A DNA stretch of 64,000 nt from an uncultured Oscillospiraceae bacterium (GTDB taxonomy: Bacteria > Bacillota > Clostridia > Christensenellales > Aristaeellaceae): the NCBI GenBank assembly GCA_964345895.1, contig CAYFSQ010000001.1:6456-70455 (forward strand), read 5' to 3'. The notes under the pieces were generated by a model, which made no database searches, was not told the DNA's origin, and was given only the letters and a program-made list of their open reading frames with translations. This document shows, in pieces, positions 48,040 through 57,703 of the stretch. The position numbers and the translations under genes are program-made. Positions within the stretch are counted from its first letter, which is position 1. Each line of letters starts with the position of its first letter.

Positions 48040-48651
48040 ATGGCTGAATACCTAATTCCTTATGTAGTCGAGCGCAGCGGCAATGCCGAGCGTTCATACG
48101 ATATTTACTCCCGTCTGCTCAAGGACAGGATTATATTCCTTTCCGGCCCTGTCCATGATGCCATGGCCAACACCGTGGTTGCCCAGCTTTTGTTCCTGGA
48201 AATGGACAATCCCAATGCAGATATCTCTTTGTACATCAACAGCCCCGGCGGTTCAGTCACTGCGGGCATGGCCATCTACGATACGATGCAGTACATCAAA
48301 GCCCCGGTGCGTACCGTGTGCATCGGCATGGCAGCCTCCATGGGTGCTTTCCTGCTGATGGCAGGGGAAAAGGGAAAACGCATGGCGCTGCCCAACAGCG
48401 AAGTAATGATCCATCAGCCCTCCGGCGGCGCCCAAGGACAGGCGACGGATGTAACCATCCGTGCGGAATGGCTGCTGAAAACCAAGAAAAAGATGACCGA
48501 TATGATGGCAGATATGACGGGACAGAGCATAGAACGCGTCGCCCGGGATATCGAGCGCGACTATTTCATGAGTGCCAAAGAAGCGCTGGACTATGGCATC
48601 ATCGACGAAATCTATCAGCCCCGTCCCAAGCAGGAGGAAAAGGATGCCTAA
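48040..48651 (+). CDS. clpP: ATP-dependent Clp protease proteolytic subunit
   Basis: Trimmed to ATG 48040 (GGAAGGAG upstream). RIIFLSGPV and [11 protein letters not shown] (catalytic Ser) motifs. Confidence 0.95.
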   Translation: MAEYLIPYVVERSGNAERSYDIYSRLLKDRIIFLSGPVHDAMANTVVAQLLFLEMDNPNADISLYINSPGGSVTAGMAIYDTMQYIKAPVRTVCIGMAASMGAFLLMAGEKGKRMALPNSEVMIHQPSGGAQGQATDVTIRAEWLLKTKKKMTDMMADMTGQSIERVARDIERDYFMSAKEALDYGIIDEIYQPRPKQEEKDA

Positions 48652-49951
48652 AGAACCCTATGAGCCGCGCAAGCTGCATCGCTGCAGCTTCTGCGGGAAA
48701 TCCCAGACAGAAGTTGAGCGGCTCATCGCAGGCCCTAACGCCTACATCTGCAATGAATGCGTCGAGCTGTGCAGCGATGTGTTAGGTGAAGACAGCTTTC
48801 AGCCTGGGAAAAAGCAGGCCATCGGCGACAAACTGCCCACCCCCCTTGAACTGAAAGAGTCCCTGGACGCATACGTCATCGGCCAGGACCGTGCCAAGCG
48901 TGCCTTGTGCGTGGCAGTATACAACCACTATAAGCGCATCCGCTCCACCCGCCGCAACAAGGACGTGGAGCTGAAAAAGTCCAACGTTCTGCTGGCAGGC
49001 CGAACAGGTACCGGTAAAACCTACCTGGCCCAGACCCTGGCAGACATCCTGAATGTGCCCTTTGCCATTGCCGATGCCACCAGCCTGACGGAAGCCGGCT
49101 ATGTAGGCGAGGATGTAGAGAACATCCTTCTGCGCCTGATCCAGGCTGCCGATGGGGACATCAAAGCGGCCGAGCAAGGCATCATCTACCTGGACGAGGT
49201 GGACAAGATTGCCCGCAAGTCGGAAAACACCTCCATCACCCGGGATGTATCCGGTGAAGGGGTGCAGCAGGCCCTGCTAAAAATTCTGGAAGGCACGGTG
49301 GCCAATGTACCGCCTCAGGGCGGCCGCAAGCACCCCCAGCAGGAATTTTTGCACATCGATACCAGCAACATTCTCTTCATCTGCGGCGGTGCCTTTGATG
49401 GTCTGGAAAGCATCATCAAATCCCGTTTGGGCAGCCGTATTCTGGGCTTTGGCTCCGCTGAAAAGGACGACAGCGCACGGCAGGAAAGCGAAACCCTCAA
49501 GCACATGCAGCCTGAGGACTTGGTTCGCTTTGGCATGATCCCTGAACTGGTGGGCCGTCTGCCCGTGGTGGTGTCCTTGGATTCTTTGGATCAGGACGCC
49601 CTGGTGCGCATCCTGAAGGAGCCTAAGAATGCCCTGGTAAAACAGTATCAATACCTGTTTTCCCTGGATGATGTGGAGCTGACCTTCACCGACGAAGCCC
49701 TGGAGGCAGTTGCCCGCCAGGCCCTGGAGCGCAAAACAGGTGCCCGTGGTCTGCGCGCTATCCTGGAGAGCGCTTTGATGGATATCATGTTTAACCTGCC
49801 CAGCCAGCAGGATTATAAAAAGTGCATCGTCACCAAAGAGGTGGTCGAGCAAGGCGCGCAGCCGGAACTGATTAAAAACGTCCCGGGCAGAGCACCTAAA
49901 AAGCGGCTGAAGGCTGCTGAAAACCAGCCTGTCGCGGGGGATGCCTCGTAA
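48644..49951 (+). CDS. clpX: ATP-dependent Clp protease ATP-binding subunit ClpX
   Basis: Trimmed to ATG 48644. C4 zinc finger CSFCGK...CNEC. Walker A GRTGTGKT. Confidence 0.95.
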   Translation: MPKEPYEPRKLHRCSFCGKSQTEVERLIAGPNAYICNECVELCSDVLGEDSFQPGKKQAIGDKLPTPLELKESLDAYVIGQDRAKRALCVAVYNHYKRIRSTRRNKDVELKKSNVLLAGRTGTGKTYLAQTLADILNVPFAIADATSLTEAGYVGEDVENILLRLIQAADGDIKAAEQGIIYLDEVDKIARKSENTSITRDVSGEGVQQALLKILEGTVANVPPQGGRKHPQQEFLHIDTSNILFICGGAFDGLESIIKSRLGSRILGFGSAEKDDSARQESETLKHMQPEDLVRFGMIPELVGRLPVVVSLDSLDQDALVRILKEPKNALVKQYQYLFSLDDVELTFTDEALEAVARQALERKTGARGLRAILESALMDIMFNLPSQQDYKKCIVTKEVVEQGAQPELIKNVPGRAPKKRLKAAENQPVAGDAS

Positions 49952-50035
49952 GAGCGTTCTAAGAGCATGGCCGATTATTCGGCGTACCCTCTTCCCGCCC
50001 CGTGCGAGAAGAGGATTTTTATCACAGGAGGAACC

Positions 50036-52387
50036 ATGACAAAACAATCCATGAACCGCATACCGCTTGTGCCCTTGCGGGGGATGATGATATTTCCGCA
50101 CACCGTGCTGCATTTTGATGTAGGCCGCCCCCAGAGCGTGGCGGCGGTGGAGCGTGCGCTGCTGGAAGGCCGCAAGGTGCTGATGGTGGCGCAAAAGGAT
50201 GTGGATGCCGAAGCGCCCACCCTAAAAGATCTGTACGAAACAGGCACCATTTCAGAAATCCGCCAGGTGCTTCATTTGCCCGGCAACAACCTGCGCGTGC
50301 TGGTGGAGGGCATAGGCCGCGCCCGCATGCTGGATATAGATTCCCAGGAAGGGGGCTGGGTTGCAACCTACGAGCCCATCCCTGCCTTTGACATGGCCAA
50401 CATGAGCGAGGAAATCTCCGCCCTGGTACGCCTAACCAAGGAATACTTTGACAACTACGCCCAGAGCAGCGGCCGCATATCCGCTGAGTTGCTGCGCTCG
50501 ATTAAACGGATTGAAGATCCTGACAACCTGGCAGACACCATTGCCTCCAATGTTATCAACGACCTGAGCGATAAGCAGGGCATGCTGGATGTCCACGATG
50601 CTGCAGACCGTTTGGAGCAGCTTTGCATGTACCTGGCCAAGGAAACCCAGCTGGCTGGTATTGAAAAAATGGTCCAGCTTCGGGTTAAAATGCAGATTGA
50701 TAAGAACCAAAAGGATTACTATCTGCGGGAGCAGCTGAAGGTTATCCAGGAGGAACTGGGCGAAGATGACCAGCAAGAGCTGGACGACATGCGCGCCCGG
50801 ATGGAAAAAACGCCGCTGAATGAAGAAGCCCGTGAAAAGGTGGAGAAGGAGCTGGATCGCTTAAACCGCATGGCTCCCGGCACGCCGGAAGTATCGGTGA
50901 GCGAAAACTATATTCAGTGGATTTTGGACCTGCCCTGGGGCAAGTACACCAAGGACCGCATGTCTCTGGACCGTGCCCGGCGTATTCTGGATGAAGATCA
51001 CTTTGGCATGGACAAGGTGAAAGAGCGCATCATTGAGTTTCTTGCTGTGCGCGGCATGAAGATGAAGGGCGGCAAGGAGGATGCCTTGAAGGGCTCCATC
51101 CTGTGCTTTGTAGGCCCGCCAGGGGTGGGTAAAACCAGCATCGTCAAGGCCATCGCCAGGGCCATGGATCGTAAGTTTGTTCAGATGTCCCTGGGCGGCG
51201 TGCGGGATGAGGCGGAGATATACGGCCATCGCCGTACATATATCGGTGCTATTCCCGGCCGTATCATTTCCAATATCAAGCGCGCCGGCACCATGAACCC
51301 TGTCTTCCTCTTTGATGAGATTGACAAGATGGGCCACGACTTTCGGGGCGACCCCGCCAGCGCTATGCTGGAGGTATTGGACAGCGAGCAGAACAACCAC
51401 TTCCGCGACCACTACCTGGAAGTCCCCTTCGATTTGTCCCAGGTGATGTTTGTAACCACTGCCAACACAGCCGGGGAAATCCCCGCGCCGCTGCTGGATC
51501 GCATGGAAATTATCGAAGTTTCCAGCTACACAGAGGAAGAAAAACGAGAGATTGCCAAGAAGCATCTGCTCAAACGCCAGATTTTGGAGAACGGACTGCC
51601 TCCCCGCAGCGTGCGCATGAATGACGCGGCCTTCCGTTTGGTGATTGAAGGCTACACCCGGGAGGCGGGGGTACGCTCCCTAACCCGTGCGCTGGCGAAA
51701 ATTGTGCGCAAAGCCGCCGTGGAAATGCTGGATACGGGCAAAGAATACATCACCGTCAACAAAGACAAGGCCCGGCTGTACCTGGGGCCGGAACGCTTCC
51801 TTCGGGGTGAACTTCTCAGGGAGCCTGTGGTGGGCGTGGTCAATGGCCTTGCCTACACCGAGGTGGGCGGTGAAATGCTGGCGGTGGAATGCGTTGTCAT
51901 GCCGGGCACCGGCAAGTTTTCCCTGACCGGCCAGTTGGGGGATGTGATGAAGGAAAGCGGCCAGGCCGCCTTAAGCTGGGTGCGTGCCCACGGGCAGGCC
52001 TATGGTCTGCAGGATGATTTCTCCCAAAAGAGCGATATTCATATCCATGTTCCGGAAGGTGCCACCCCCAAGGATGGCCCCTCCGCCGGCGTCACCATGG
52101 CCACCGCGCTGCTTTCAGCGCTGACTGGCCGTAAAGTGAAGCAGGATGTAGCCATGACGGGGGAAATTACCCTGGCAGGGCGGGTGCTGCCTATCGGCGG
52201 TGTCAAGGAAAAGCTGCTGGCGGCCTTCAGGGCAGGGGTTAAAACCCTGTGCCTGCCGGAAGAAAACAAGAAGGATGTGGAGGAGTTGCCGGAGAATATT
52301 CGCGCACACTTTGCCATCCATTATGTGTCCCGCATTCAGCAGGTTATCGACGTAGCCCTGGCAGAGGAAGAAAAGAATGGACATTAA
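50036..52387 (+). CDS. lon: Lon protease (LonA)
   Basis: Trimmed to ATG 50036 (GGAGG upstream). LON N-domain, Walker A GPPGVGKTS and protease motif PKDGPSAG. Confidence 0.95.
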   Translation: MTKQSMNRIPLVPLRGMMIFPHTVLHFDVGRPQSVAAVERALLEGRKVLMVAQKDVDAEAPTLKDLYETGTISEIRQVLHLPGNNLRVLVEGIGRARMLDIDSQEGGWVATYEPIPAFDMANMSEEISALVRLTKEYFDNYAQSSGRISAELLRSIKRIEDPDNLADTIASNVINDLSDKQGMLDVHDAADRLEQLCMYLAKETQLAGIEKMVQLRVKMQIDKNQKDYYLREQLKVIQEELGEDDQQELDDMRARMEKTPLNEEAREKVEKELDRLNRMAPGTPEVSVSENYIQWILDLPWGKYTKDRMSLDRARRILDEDHFGMDKVKERIIEFLAVRGMKMKGGKEDALKGSILCFVGPPGVGKTSIVKAIARAMDRKFVQMSLGGVRDEAEIYGHRRTYIGAIPGRIISNIKRAGTMNPVFLFDEIDKMGHDFRGDPASAMLEVLDSEQNNHFRDHYLEVPFDLSQVMFVTTANTAGEIPAPLLDRMEIIEVSSYTEEEKREIAKKHLLKRQILENGLPPRSVRMNDAAFRLVIEGYTREAGVRSLTRALAKIVRKAAVEMLDTGKEYITVNKDKARLYLGPERFLRGELLREPVVGVVNGLAYTEVGGEMLAVECVVMPGTGKFSLTGQLGDVMKESGQAALSWVRAHGQAYGLQDDFSQKSDIHIHVPEGATPKDGPSAGVTMATALLSALTGRKVKQDVAMTGEITLAGRVLPIGGVKEKLLAAFRAGVKTLCLPEENKKDVEELPENIRAHFAIHYVSRIQQVIDVALAEEEKNGH

Positions 52388-52955
52388 AAGCGCGGCCTTT
52401 GTCATCAGCCTGCCCAAGTACGGCACCTTCCCGGGCAAAGGGCTACCCCAGATTGCCGTAGCAGGCAAGAGCAATGTGGGCAAAAGCTCCCTCATCAATG
52501 GTTTGTGCCGCCGTAAAGGCCTGGCAAAGACCAGCGGAACCCCGGGTAAAACAAGGTTGATTAATGTGTTTTTACTCAATGAAACCTTGCACCTGATTGA
52601 CCTGCCCGGCTACGGCTATGCCAAGGTAAGCAAAACTGAAAAGGAAAGCTGGGGCAAAATGATGGGGGAATACTTCAGCCAGTCCCAGGATTTAAAGGTG
52701 ATGCTGCAATTGGTGGACATCCGCCACGAGCCGACGAAGGACGACGTGCAGATGGTTAATTTCCTTAGGGACAACGGCATCCCCTTTATTGTGGCAGCAA
52801 CCAAGGCAGATAAACTATCCAAAGCCCAGCGCCAGCGTGCCCTGCACCTGGTTGCCCGCACCTTGGCCGTGCAGCCCTGGGATATTTTCCCCTGGTCGGC
52901 AGAGACGGGGGAAGGCCGTGATGCCATCCTGAAAAAATTGGACGAATTTATTTAA
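52377..52955 (+). CDS. engB: Ribosome biogenesis GTP-binding protein YihA/EngB
   Basis: GKSNVGKSSLIN G1 motif, DLPGYG G3 and TKADK G4. Overlaps the lon end. Confidence 0.9.
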   Translation: MDIKSAAFVISLPKYGTFPGKGLPQIAVAGKSNVGKSSLINGLCRRKGLAKTSGTPGKTRLINVFLLNETLHLIDLPGYGYAKVSKTEKESWGKMMGEYFSQSQDLKVMLQLVDIRHEPTKDDVQMVNFLRDNGIPFIVAATKADKLSKAQRQRALHLVARTLAVQPWDIFPWSAETGEGRDAILKKLDEFI

Positions 52956-53021
52956 GCGTTTGCGCCAACCCCCGGCCTGTGGTATGATAAATATGCATAA
53001 TCATCCGGAAGGGGTGTTTAT

Positions 53022-54128
53022 ATGTTGCATGTAGAAATTCTGCACAGAAACACGAAGGACCTGCAGCCTTTTATTCAGTTGCCCTTTGACCTGTACAAGG
53101 GCGATAGCAACTGGGCGCCGCCGGTGCGCCGAAAATTGCTGGACAGCCTGCTAAGCGACGAGAATGATTTGTTGGCCCATTCCCAGCCGCAGTTTTTCCT
53201 TGCCTACCAGGGGGATACGCCCATCGCCCGTGTGATGGCGGGGATGGATACTCACCTGGGAGAAGGGGTGGGCTGGTTCAGCCTGTTTGAAAGCGAAGAT
53301 AATATGGATGGCGTGCGTGCCGTGCTGGATGCGGCTTGCGCCTATTTAAAAGAAAAAGGCGCTACACAGGTTGTGGGGCCCATTGCCCCCCAGTATGACC
53401 TGCTGAACCGCGGATTGCTGGTGGACGCTTTCGATGGGCTGCCTGTGCTTCACAACCCCTACAACAAGGCCTATTATCCCGCCCTTCTTGAAGGCTACGG
53501 CTTTGTAAAAAAGAGGGATTATCTTGCCTATCAGATTCCCATCGCCGATGTACCCCTGGAAAAAATGGAGCCCCTCGCCCAGAAGGTGGAGCAGCGTTTC
53601 AACTTCAGGGTGGAGCAGATTCCCTCCCAGCGCTTAGGCCTTCGGCTAGCACGGGAGATTGCCAGCATCATCGCCAAGGCATCCAAAGCAACAGGGGAGG
53701 ATGTGCCTACGCCAGAGGATATCCAGCAATTGTTGGAGCGATTGAAAACCATCTACCGGGGGGAACTGTGCGTCATGGCCTACGCCGGGGAAAAACCCAT
53801 CGGTGTGGTGTTGGCCTTTCCCGACAATACCCCCTACCTTCAAGCGCTGGATGGCGTAGAAACGCCCCTTCGGGTGTTGAAGGCCGTGTTGTCCATGAAG
53901 AATGTTATCACCGTGCGCTGCCCCATGCAGTCGGTGGTGCCGGAATACCAGAGCAAGGCAGTTAACCTGGCCATGATTCATCATGCCATCAGCAACGCAA
54001 AACGCCTGGGCTATACCTATATTGAAGGCTCCACCGTGCCGGAAGATGATGTGGTGTCCATCAACAACACGTTGCTTGCAGGGGGCAGGCACTACCGTAC
54101 TTACCGCGTGTACACCAAAGATTTGTAA
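53022..54128 (+). CDS. Uncharacterised protein, putative GNAT-fold acyltransferase family
   Basis: 368 aa. The FIQLPFDLYKGDSNWAPP N-terminal motif and NPYNKAYYPALLEGYGF recall proteins annotated as GNAT-like N-acetyltransferases. The assignment is tentative. Confidence 0.4.
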   Translation: MLHVEILHRNTKDLQPFIQLPFDLYKGDSNWAPPVRRKLLDSLLSDENDLLAHSQPQFFLAYQGDTPIARVMAGMDTHLGEGVGWFSLFESEDNMDGVRAVLDAACAYLKEKGATQVVGPIAPQYDLLNRGLLVDAFDGLPVLHNPYNKAYYPALLEGYGFVKKRDYLAYQIPIADVPLEKMEPLAQKVEQRFNFRVEQIPSQRLGLRLAREIASIIAKASKATGEDVPTPEDIQQLLERLKTIYRGELCVMAYAGEKPIGVVLAFPDNTPYLQALDGVETPLRVLKAVLSMKNVITVRCPMQSVVPEYQSKAVNLAMIHHAISNAKRLGYTYIEGSTVPEDDVVSINNTLLAGGRHYRTYRVYTKDL

Positions 54129-54202
54129 AGTGCGCAAGCCTTGCGCTTTGCGGACAGTTATGGTATGATTCATGTCGTTGATTTGAAAGAGAGGGATTGA
54201 CT

Positions 54203-54439
54203 ATGTCCGGTATTCAATTGGTGATGACCATTCTGCTGATGATTTCAGCCCTTGTGCTGATTGGATCTGTATTGCTGCAAAAGGGTGATGCTGAAGGTAT
54301 TGCCGCCTTAGGTGCATCCACGGGCGAAAGCTATTTCGGCCGCAACAAGGAAAAGTCTGCCCAAGGCAAGCTGGCGCAGCTGACCAAGGTATCCGCTGGC
54401 GTGTTCGTTGTGCTGACGCTGGCCATGCTGTTCATCTAA
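54203..54439 (+). CDS. secG: Preprotein translocase subunit SecG
   Basis: Trimmed to ATG 54203. Two TM segments flanking LLQKGDAEGIAALGAS..., typical SecG. Confidence 0.85.
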   Translation: MSGIQLVMTILLMISALVLIGSVLLQKGDAEGIAALGASTGESYFGRNKEKSAQGKLAQLTKVSAGVFVVLTLAMLFI

Positions 54440-54455
54440 CATCGATGCCCTTACA

Positions 54456-54483
54456 GGCTGGCGCATAGCGTCAGCCTTTTTTT
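54456..54483 (+). terminator. Intrinsic terminator after secG
   Basis: GGCTGGCGC-ata-GCGTCAGCC (9 bp with one G-T pair) followed by T7. Confidence 0.8.
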
Positions 54484-54515
54484 GGTAGCGAACGCTTGTA
54501 TGATAGGAGTATGCG

Positions 54516-56438
54516 TTGATTGTCCTCAGTGCCCAGCAAGTAAGCAAAGCCTTTGGCGTCCATCAGGTATTGAAGGACGTCAGTTTTGTGCTGCAAACTG
54601 GGCAGCGTATGGGCCTGGTGGGCGTCAATGGCTCGGGCAAAAGCACGCTGCTTCGGCTGATTACCGGGGAACTGTCCATAGACGGCGGCAGCATCAGCCT
54701 GCAAAGGGGCATGCGGGTGGGGTACCTTGCCCAAAGCTGGCGGCCTGACAGTGGCTCTACGGTGCTGGATGAGCTGGAAAAGGTGTTTGAGCCTGTGCGA
54801 TTGCTGGAAGAGAAGATGCGCAGCCTGGAGCAGCAGATGGCCCATACCCTGGATGCTCAAGAGCTGGAACGCCTGGGAAATGACTATGCCCGGACCATGC
54901 ACCTCTTTGAGGAAGGGGATGGCTATGCCCGGCATTCTTTGGTGCAGGGCGTGCTGTCCGGCCTCGGTTTTCTAAATGCCCAGCATCAGGAGGCCGCCAA
55001 GCTAAGCGGGGGCGAGCTGACCAGGCTCAGCCTGGGGCGGCTGCTTTTACAAAAACCCGATATCCTGTTGCTGGACGAGCCCACCAACCACCTGGACCTG
55101 GATGCCCTTAAATGGCTGGAGGAGTATTTATCCTCCTACCCCGGCGCTGTGATGCTGGTCAGCCACGACCGGTACTTTTTAGACAGGGTCTGCACCGATA
55201 TGGTGGAGCTGTTAATGGGGGAAAGTGAGCAGTATAAGGGCAACTATTCAAGGTATATGGAGCAGCGGGTAGAGCGGTTCGAGTCCCGCCGCCGTGCCTT
55301 TGACCAACAGCAAAAGGAGATAGAGCGGCAGGAGGCCATCATTGAGCGGTTCCGCTCCTTCAACCGTGAAAAATCCATCCGTGCCGCGGAAAGCCGCGTT
55401 AAAAAACTGGAAAAGATGGAGCGGCTCAGCAAGCCTTCGGAGGAAAAACAGATTCACTTCCGCTTCACTGCCCGCAGGCGGATGGGGGAGGAAGCGCTGA
55501 AGGTGAAGGGCATGGAAAAGTCCTTCGGTGACAAACAACTGTTTGAGAATGCCTCCCTGTTTCTTGAGTCTGGCGACCGCGCCATCCTGATAGGCGCAAA
55601 TGGCATTGGCAAGACCACCTTCCTGGAATGCCTGCTGGGGCGGCAGCAGCCGGACAAGGGCATTGTAGACTTTGGCACCAATGCAGATATCGGCTACTAC
55701 GACCAGAAGCAGCAGCGGCTCCATGATGAAAAAAATGTCATCAACGAAGTTTGGGACGATTTTCCCCGCATGACCCAGACAGAGGTGCGCAGCGCCTTGG
55801 GGCTGTTCCTCTTTAGCGGGGATGAAGTGTTTGACAAGGTGTCTACCCTGTCCGGCGGCGAAAAGGCGCGGGTAGCGCTGACCAAGCTGATGCTGCGCAA
55901 AGACAATTTCCTGATCCTGGACGAACCCACCAACCACCTGGATGCTGACAGCAGGGAAATGCTGGAGGAAGCCCTGGAGGATTTTGACGGGACCATTCTG
56001 GCCGTATCCCATGACCGATACTTTATCAACCGTCTTGCCAACAAGGTGGTGGTGATGCACAAGGATGGCCTGGTCGTCTATGAGGGCAACTACGATGAGT
56101 ATCTTATACAGAAGGAACGGCAGGACAATGGGGATGGGGTTGCCTTCAGCGGCATCACCCGCACAGAGATTGCCAAACAGCGCAGAAAAAGCCGGGAAGA
56201 ACAGAATCTATACAATCGCCTGAAAAATGCGGTGCAGGAAGCGGAAAAGGCTGTTATCCAGGCAGAAGAGGCCAAAGAGCAGCTGGAAGAAAGCATGGCA
56301 GACCCGGAGGTCTACACCAACCCGGACAGGGCACAGGAGGTGGCCAAGGCCTACCAGCAAGCCAAGCAAGAAACCGAAAACGCTTATGCTGTTTGGGAAA
56401 AAGCGGAGGAAGCCCTGCTTGCTTTTGAGGAAGAATGA
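54516..56438 (+). CDS. ABC-F family ATPase (Uup/YdiF-like) with C-terminal coiled coil
   Basis: TTG start 6 nt after AGGAG. Walker A GVNGSGKST and GANGIGKTT, LSGGE signatures, no TM domain, charged C-terminal helix. Confidence 0.9.
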   Translation: MIVLSAQQVSKAFGVHQVLKDVSFVLQTGQRMGLVGVNGSGKSTLLRLITGELSIDGGSISLQRGMRVGYLAQSWRPDSGSTVLDELEKVFEPVRLLEEKMRSLEQQMAHTLDAQELERLGNDYARTMHLFEEGDGYARHSLVQGVLSGLGFLNAQHQEAAKLSGGELTRLSLGRLLLQKPDILLLDEPTNHLDLDALKWLEEYLSSYPGAVMLVSHDRYFLDRVCTDMVELLMGESEQYKGNYSRYMEQRVERFESRRRAFDQQQKEIERQEAIIERFRSFNREKSIRAAESRVKKLEKMERLSKPSEEKQIHFRFTARRRMGEEALKVKGMEKSFGDKQLFENASLFLESGDRAILIGANGIGKTTFLECLLGRQQPDKGIVDFGTNADIGYYDQKQQRLHDEKNVINEVWDDFPRMTQTEVRSALGLFLFSGDEVFDKVSTLSGGEKARVALTKLMLRKDNFLILDEPTNHLDADSREMLEEALEDFDGTILAVSHDRYFINRLANKVVVMHKDGLVVYEGNYDEYLIQKERQDNGDGVAFSGITRTEIAKQRRKSREEQNLYNRLKNAVQEAEKAVIQAEEAKEQLEESMADPEVYTNPDRAQEVAKAYQQAKQETENAYAVWEKAEEALLAFEEE

Positions 56439-56465
56439 GGCGTTTCACCTTTTCCATACAAGCGG

Positions 56466-56494
56466 TTGACAAACTGTTTTTTATGCATTATAAT
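56466..56494 (+). promoter_or_regulatory. Consensus SigA-type promoter of the met leader-metNIQ unit
   Basis: TTGACA (56466-71), exactly 17 nt, TATAAT (56489-94). Confidence 0.7.
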
Positions 56495-56528
56495 GCGCCC
56501 AAGACCGAAGAAGAAAGGAGGCTTCCAC

Positions 56529-56606
56529 ATGAAAACTACCATGATGATGCGAATGTCCATGATGATGTGCGAGGCTTCCCCGCGCTTCTTCTGTTGCGTC
56601 GCTTAA
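56529..56606 (+). CDS. 25-codon Met/Cys-rich leader ORF (MKTTMMMRMSMMMCEASPRFFCCVA)
   Basis: AAAGGAGG (56514-21) 7 nt before ATG. 7 of codons 5-13 are AUG, and there are 3 Cys codons. Stop TAA 56604-06. It sits between the promoter and the terminator preceding metN. Not in the ORF track. Confidence 0.6.
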   Translation: MKTTMMMRMSMMMCEASPRFFCCVA

Positions 56607-56626
56607 TCTGGTTTTAGATGATATAA

Positions 56627-56659
56627 GCCCGCTTCGCGAAGTGCGATAGCGGGCTTTTT
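56627..56659 (+). terminator. Intrinsic terminator (attenuator) between the leader ORF and metN
   Basis: GCCCGCUUCGC-GAAGU-GCGA(U)AGCGGGC (11 bp, one bulge) followed by UUUUU. Confidence 0.8.
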
Positions 56660-56683
56660 ATGTCTGTTGGAAGGGAGAAAGCA

Positions 56684-57703
56684 TTGGCTTCTGAAAAGAA
56701 AACACCCCTGATTGCCATTCGAAACCTGTCAAAAACCTACCAAGGCACCGATGGGGAGATTAAAGCCCTGGACGGGGTAACGCTGGAAGTAAGGGAGAAG
56801 GAAATCTACGGCATCGTCGGCATGAGCGGGGCGGGAAAATCGACGCTGATCCGCTGCATGAACCGCCTTGATACACCCAGCGGCGGAGACGTCCTCTACA
56901 AGGGGCAAAGCATCCTGACCATGAACCCCAGCGAACTGATTGCCACCCGGCGCAAGGTCAGCATGATTTTTCAGCAGTTCAACCTCTTTATGCAGCGCAC
57001 GGTGGGACGGAATGTGCGCTATCCACTGGAGTTAAGCGGCGTTCCCGCCAAGGAGGCGGAGGAAAGGGTACGGGAGCTGCTGAAGATTGTCGATCTGGAA
57101 GACAAGATCAACGCGTACCCAGCCCAATTATCCGGTGGACAAAAGCAGCGTGTAGCCATCGCCCGTGCCCTGGCCAATGAGCCCGAAGTGCTGCTGTGCG
57201 ACGAGGCCACAAGTGCCCTGGACCCGATGACTACCCAATCCATTCTGTCCCTGCTGAAGGGCATTAACCAGCGTCTGGGCATTACCATTGTCATCATTAC
57301 CCACGAGATGGCGGTCATCCGCCAGGTATGCACCAGGGTGGCCATACTGGATGGCGGCAGGGTTGCGGAAGAAGGGCCGGTGGATGAGGTATTCCTCCAC
57401 ACCAAGTCCGACGCAGGCAGGCGGTTGTTCGGCATCCTGCCCGAAACTCCCGATGAAGATCCCGGCGTCCCCGCCATGCGCATCGTGTTTGACGGCACCG
57501 CCCGGGAGAAGCCCATCATCGCGACCCTCATTAAGCAGCATGGTGTCATGGTGAACATCCTGTCCGCCAACATGAAGCATCTGGGCGGCAAAATGTACGG
57601 CCAGATGCTGATTGAAACCCCGGAGGATGCGCAGGAAAAGCTGCTGGTGACAGAATACCTGACCAAGCAAGGCCTGACGGTAAAGGAGGTGAATGAGAAA
57701 TGA
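56684..57703 (+). CDS. metN: Methionine ABC transporter ATP-binding protein
   Basis: Walker A GMSGAGKST, LSGGQKQR and a C-terminal NIL domain. The start is probably in-frame TTG 56684 (GGGAG 6 nt upstream). The track ATG 56660 lies in the terminator U-tract with no SD. Confidence 0.9.
   Translation: MASEKKTPLIAIRNLSKTYQGTDGEIKALDGVTLEVREKEIYGIVGMSGAGKSTLIRCMNRLDTPSGGDVLYKGQSILTMNPSELIATRRKVSMIFQQFNLFMQRTVGRNVRYPLELSGVPAKEAEERVRELLKIVDLEDKINAYPAQLSGGQKQRVAIARALANEPEVLLCDEATSALDPMTTQSILSLLKGINQRLGITIVIITHEMAVIRQVCTRVAILDGGRVAEEGPVDEVFLHTKSDAGRRLFGILPETPDEDPGVPAMRIVFDGTAREKPIIATLIKQHGVMVNILSANMKHLGGKMYGQMLIETPEDAQEKLLVTEYLTKQGLTVKEVNEK

Noticed and set aside
55276-55286. GGTTCGAGTCC, a tRNA T-arm-like string.
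   Set aside because: It lies in-frame inside the ABC-F coding sequence (VERFESRRR) with no acceptor or anticodon arms around it. No tRNA, rRNA or tmRNA gene was recognised anywhere in the window.
56435-56617. 60-aa track ORF (MRRFTFSIQAVDKLFFMHYNAPKTEEERR...) overlapping the met leader.
   Set aside because: It starts inside the preceding ABC-F gene's stop region, runs across the promoter -35/-10, and has no SD. The 25-codon frame with AAAGGAGG and the AUG run is the better-supported reading.
56495-56660. SAM-I/S-box or Met T-box riboswitch upstream of metN.
   Set aside because: I could not find the S-box core elements (the GGCAACC-type junction, the conserved AGAGGGA/GGUGCCAA-like segments) or a T-box sequence (GGUGGNACCGCG-like) or specifier-loop architecture. 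The leader is also short. A formal cmscan is still needed.
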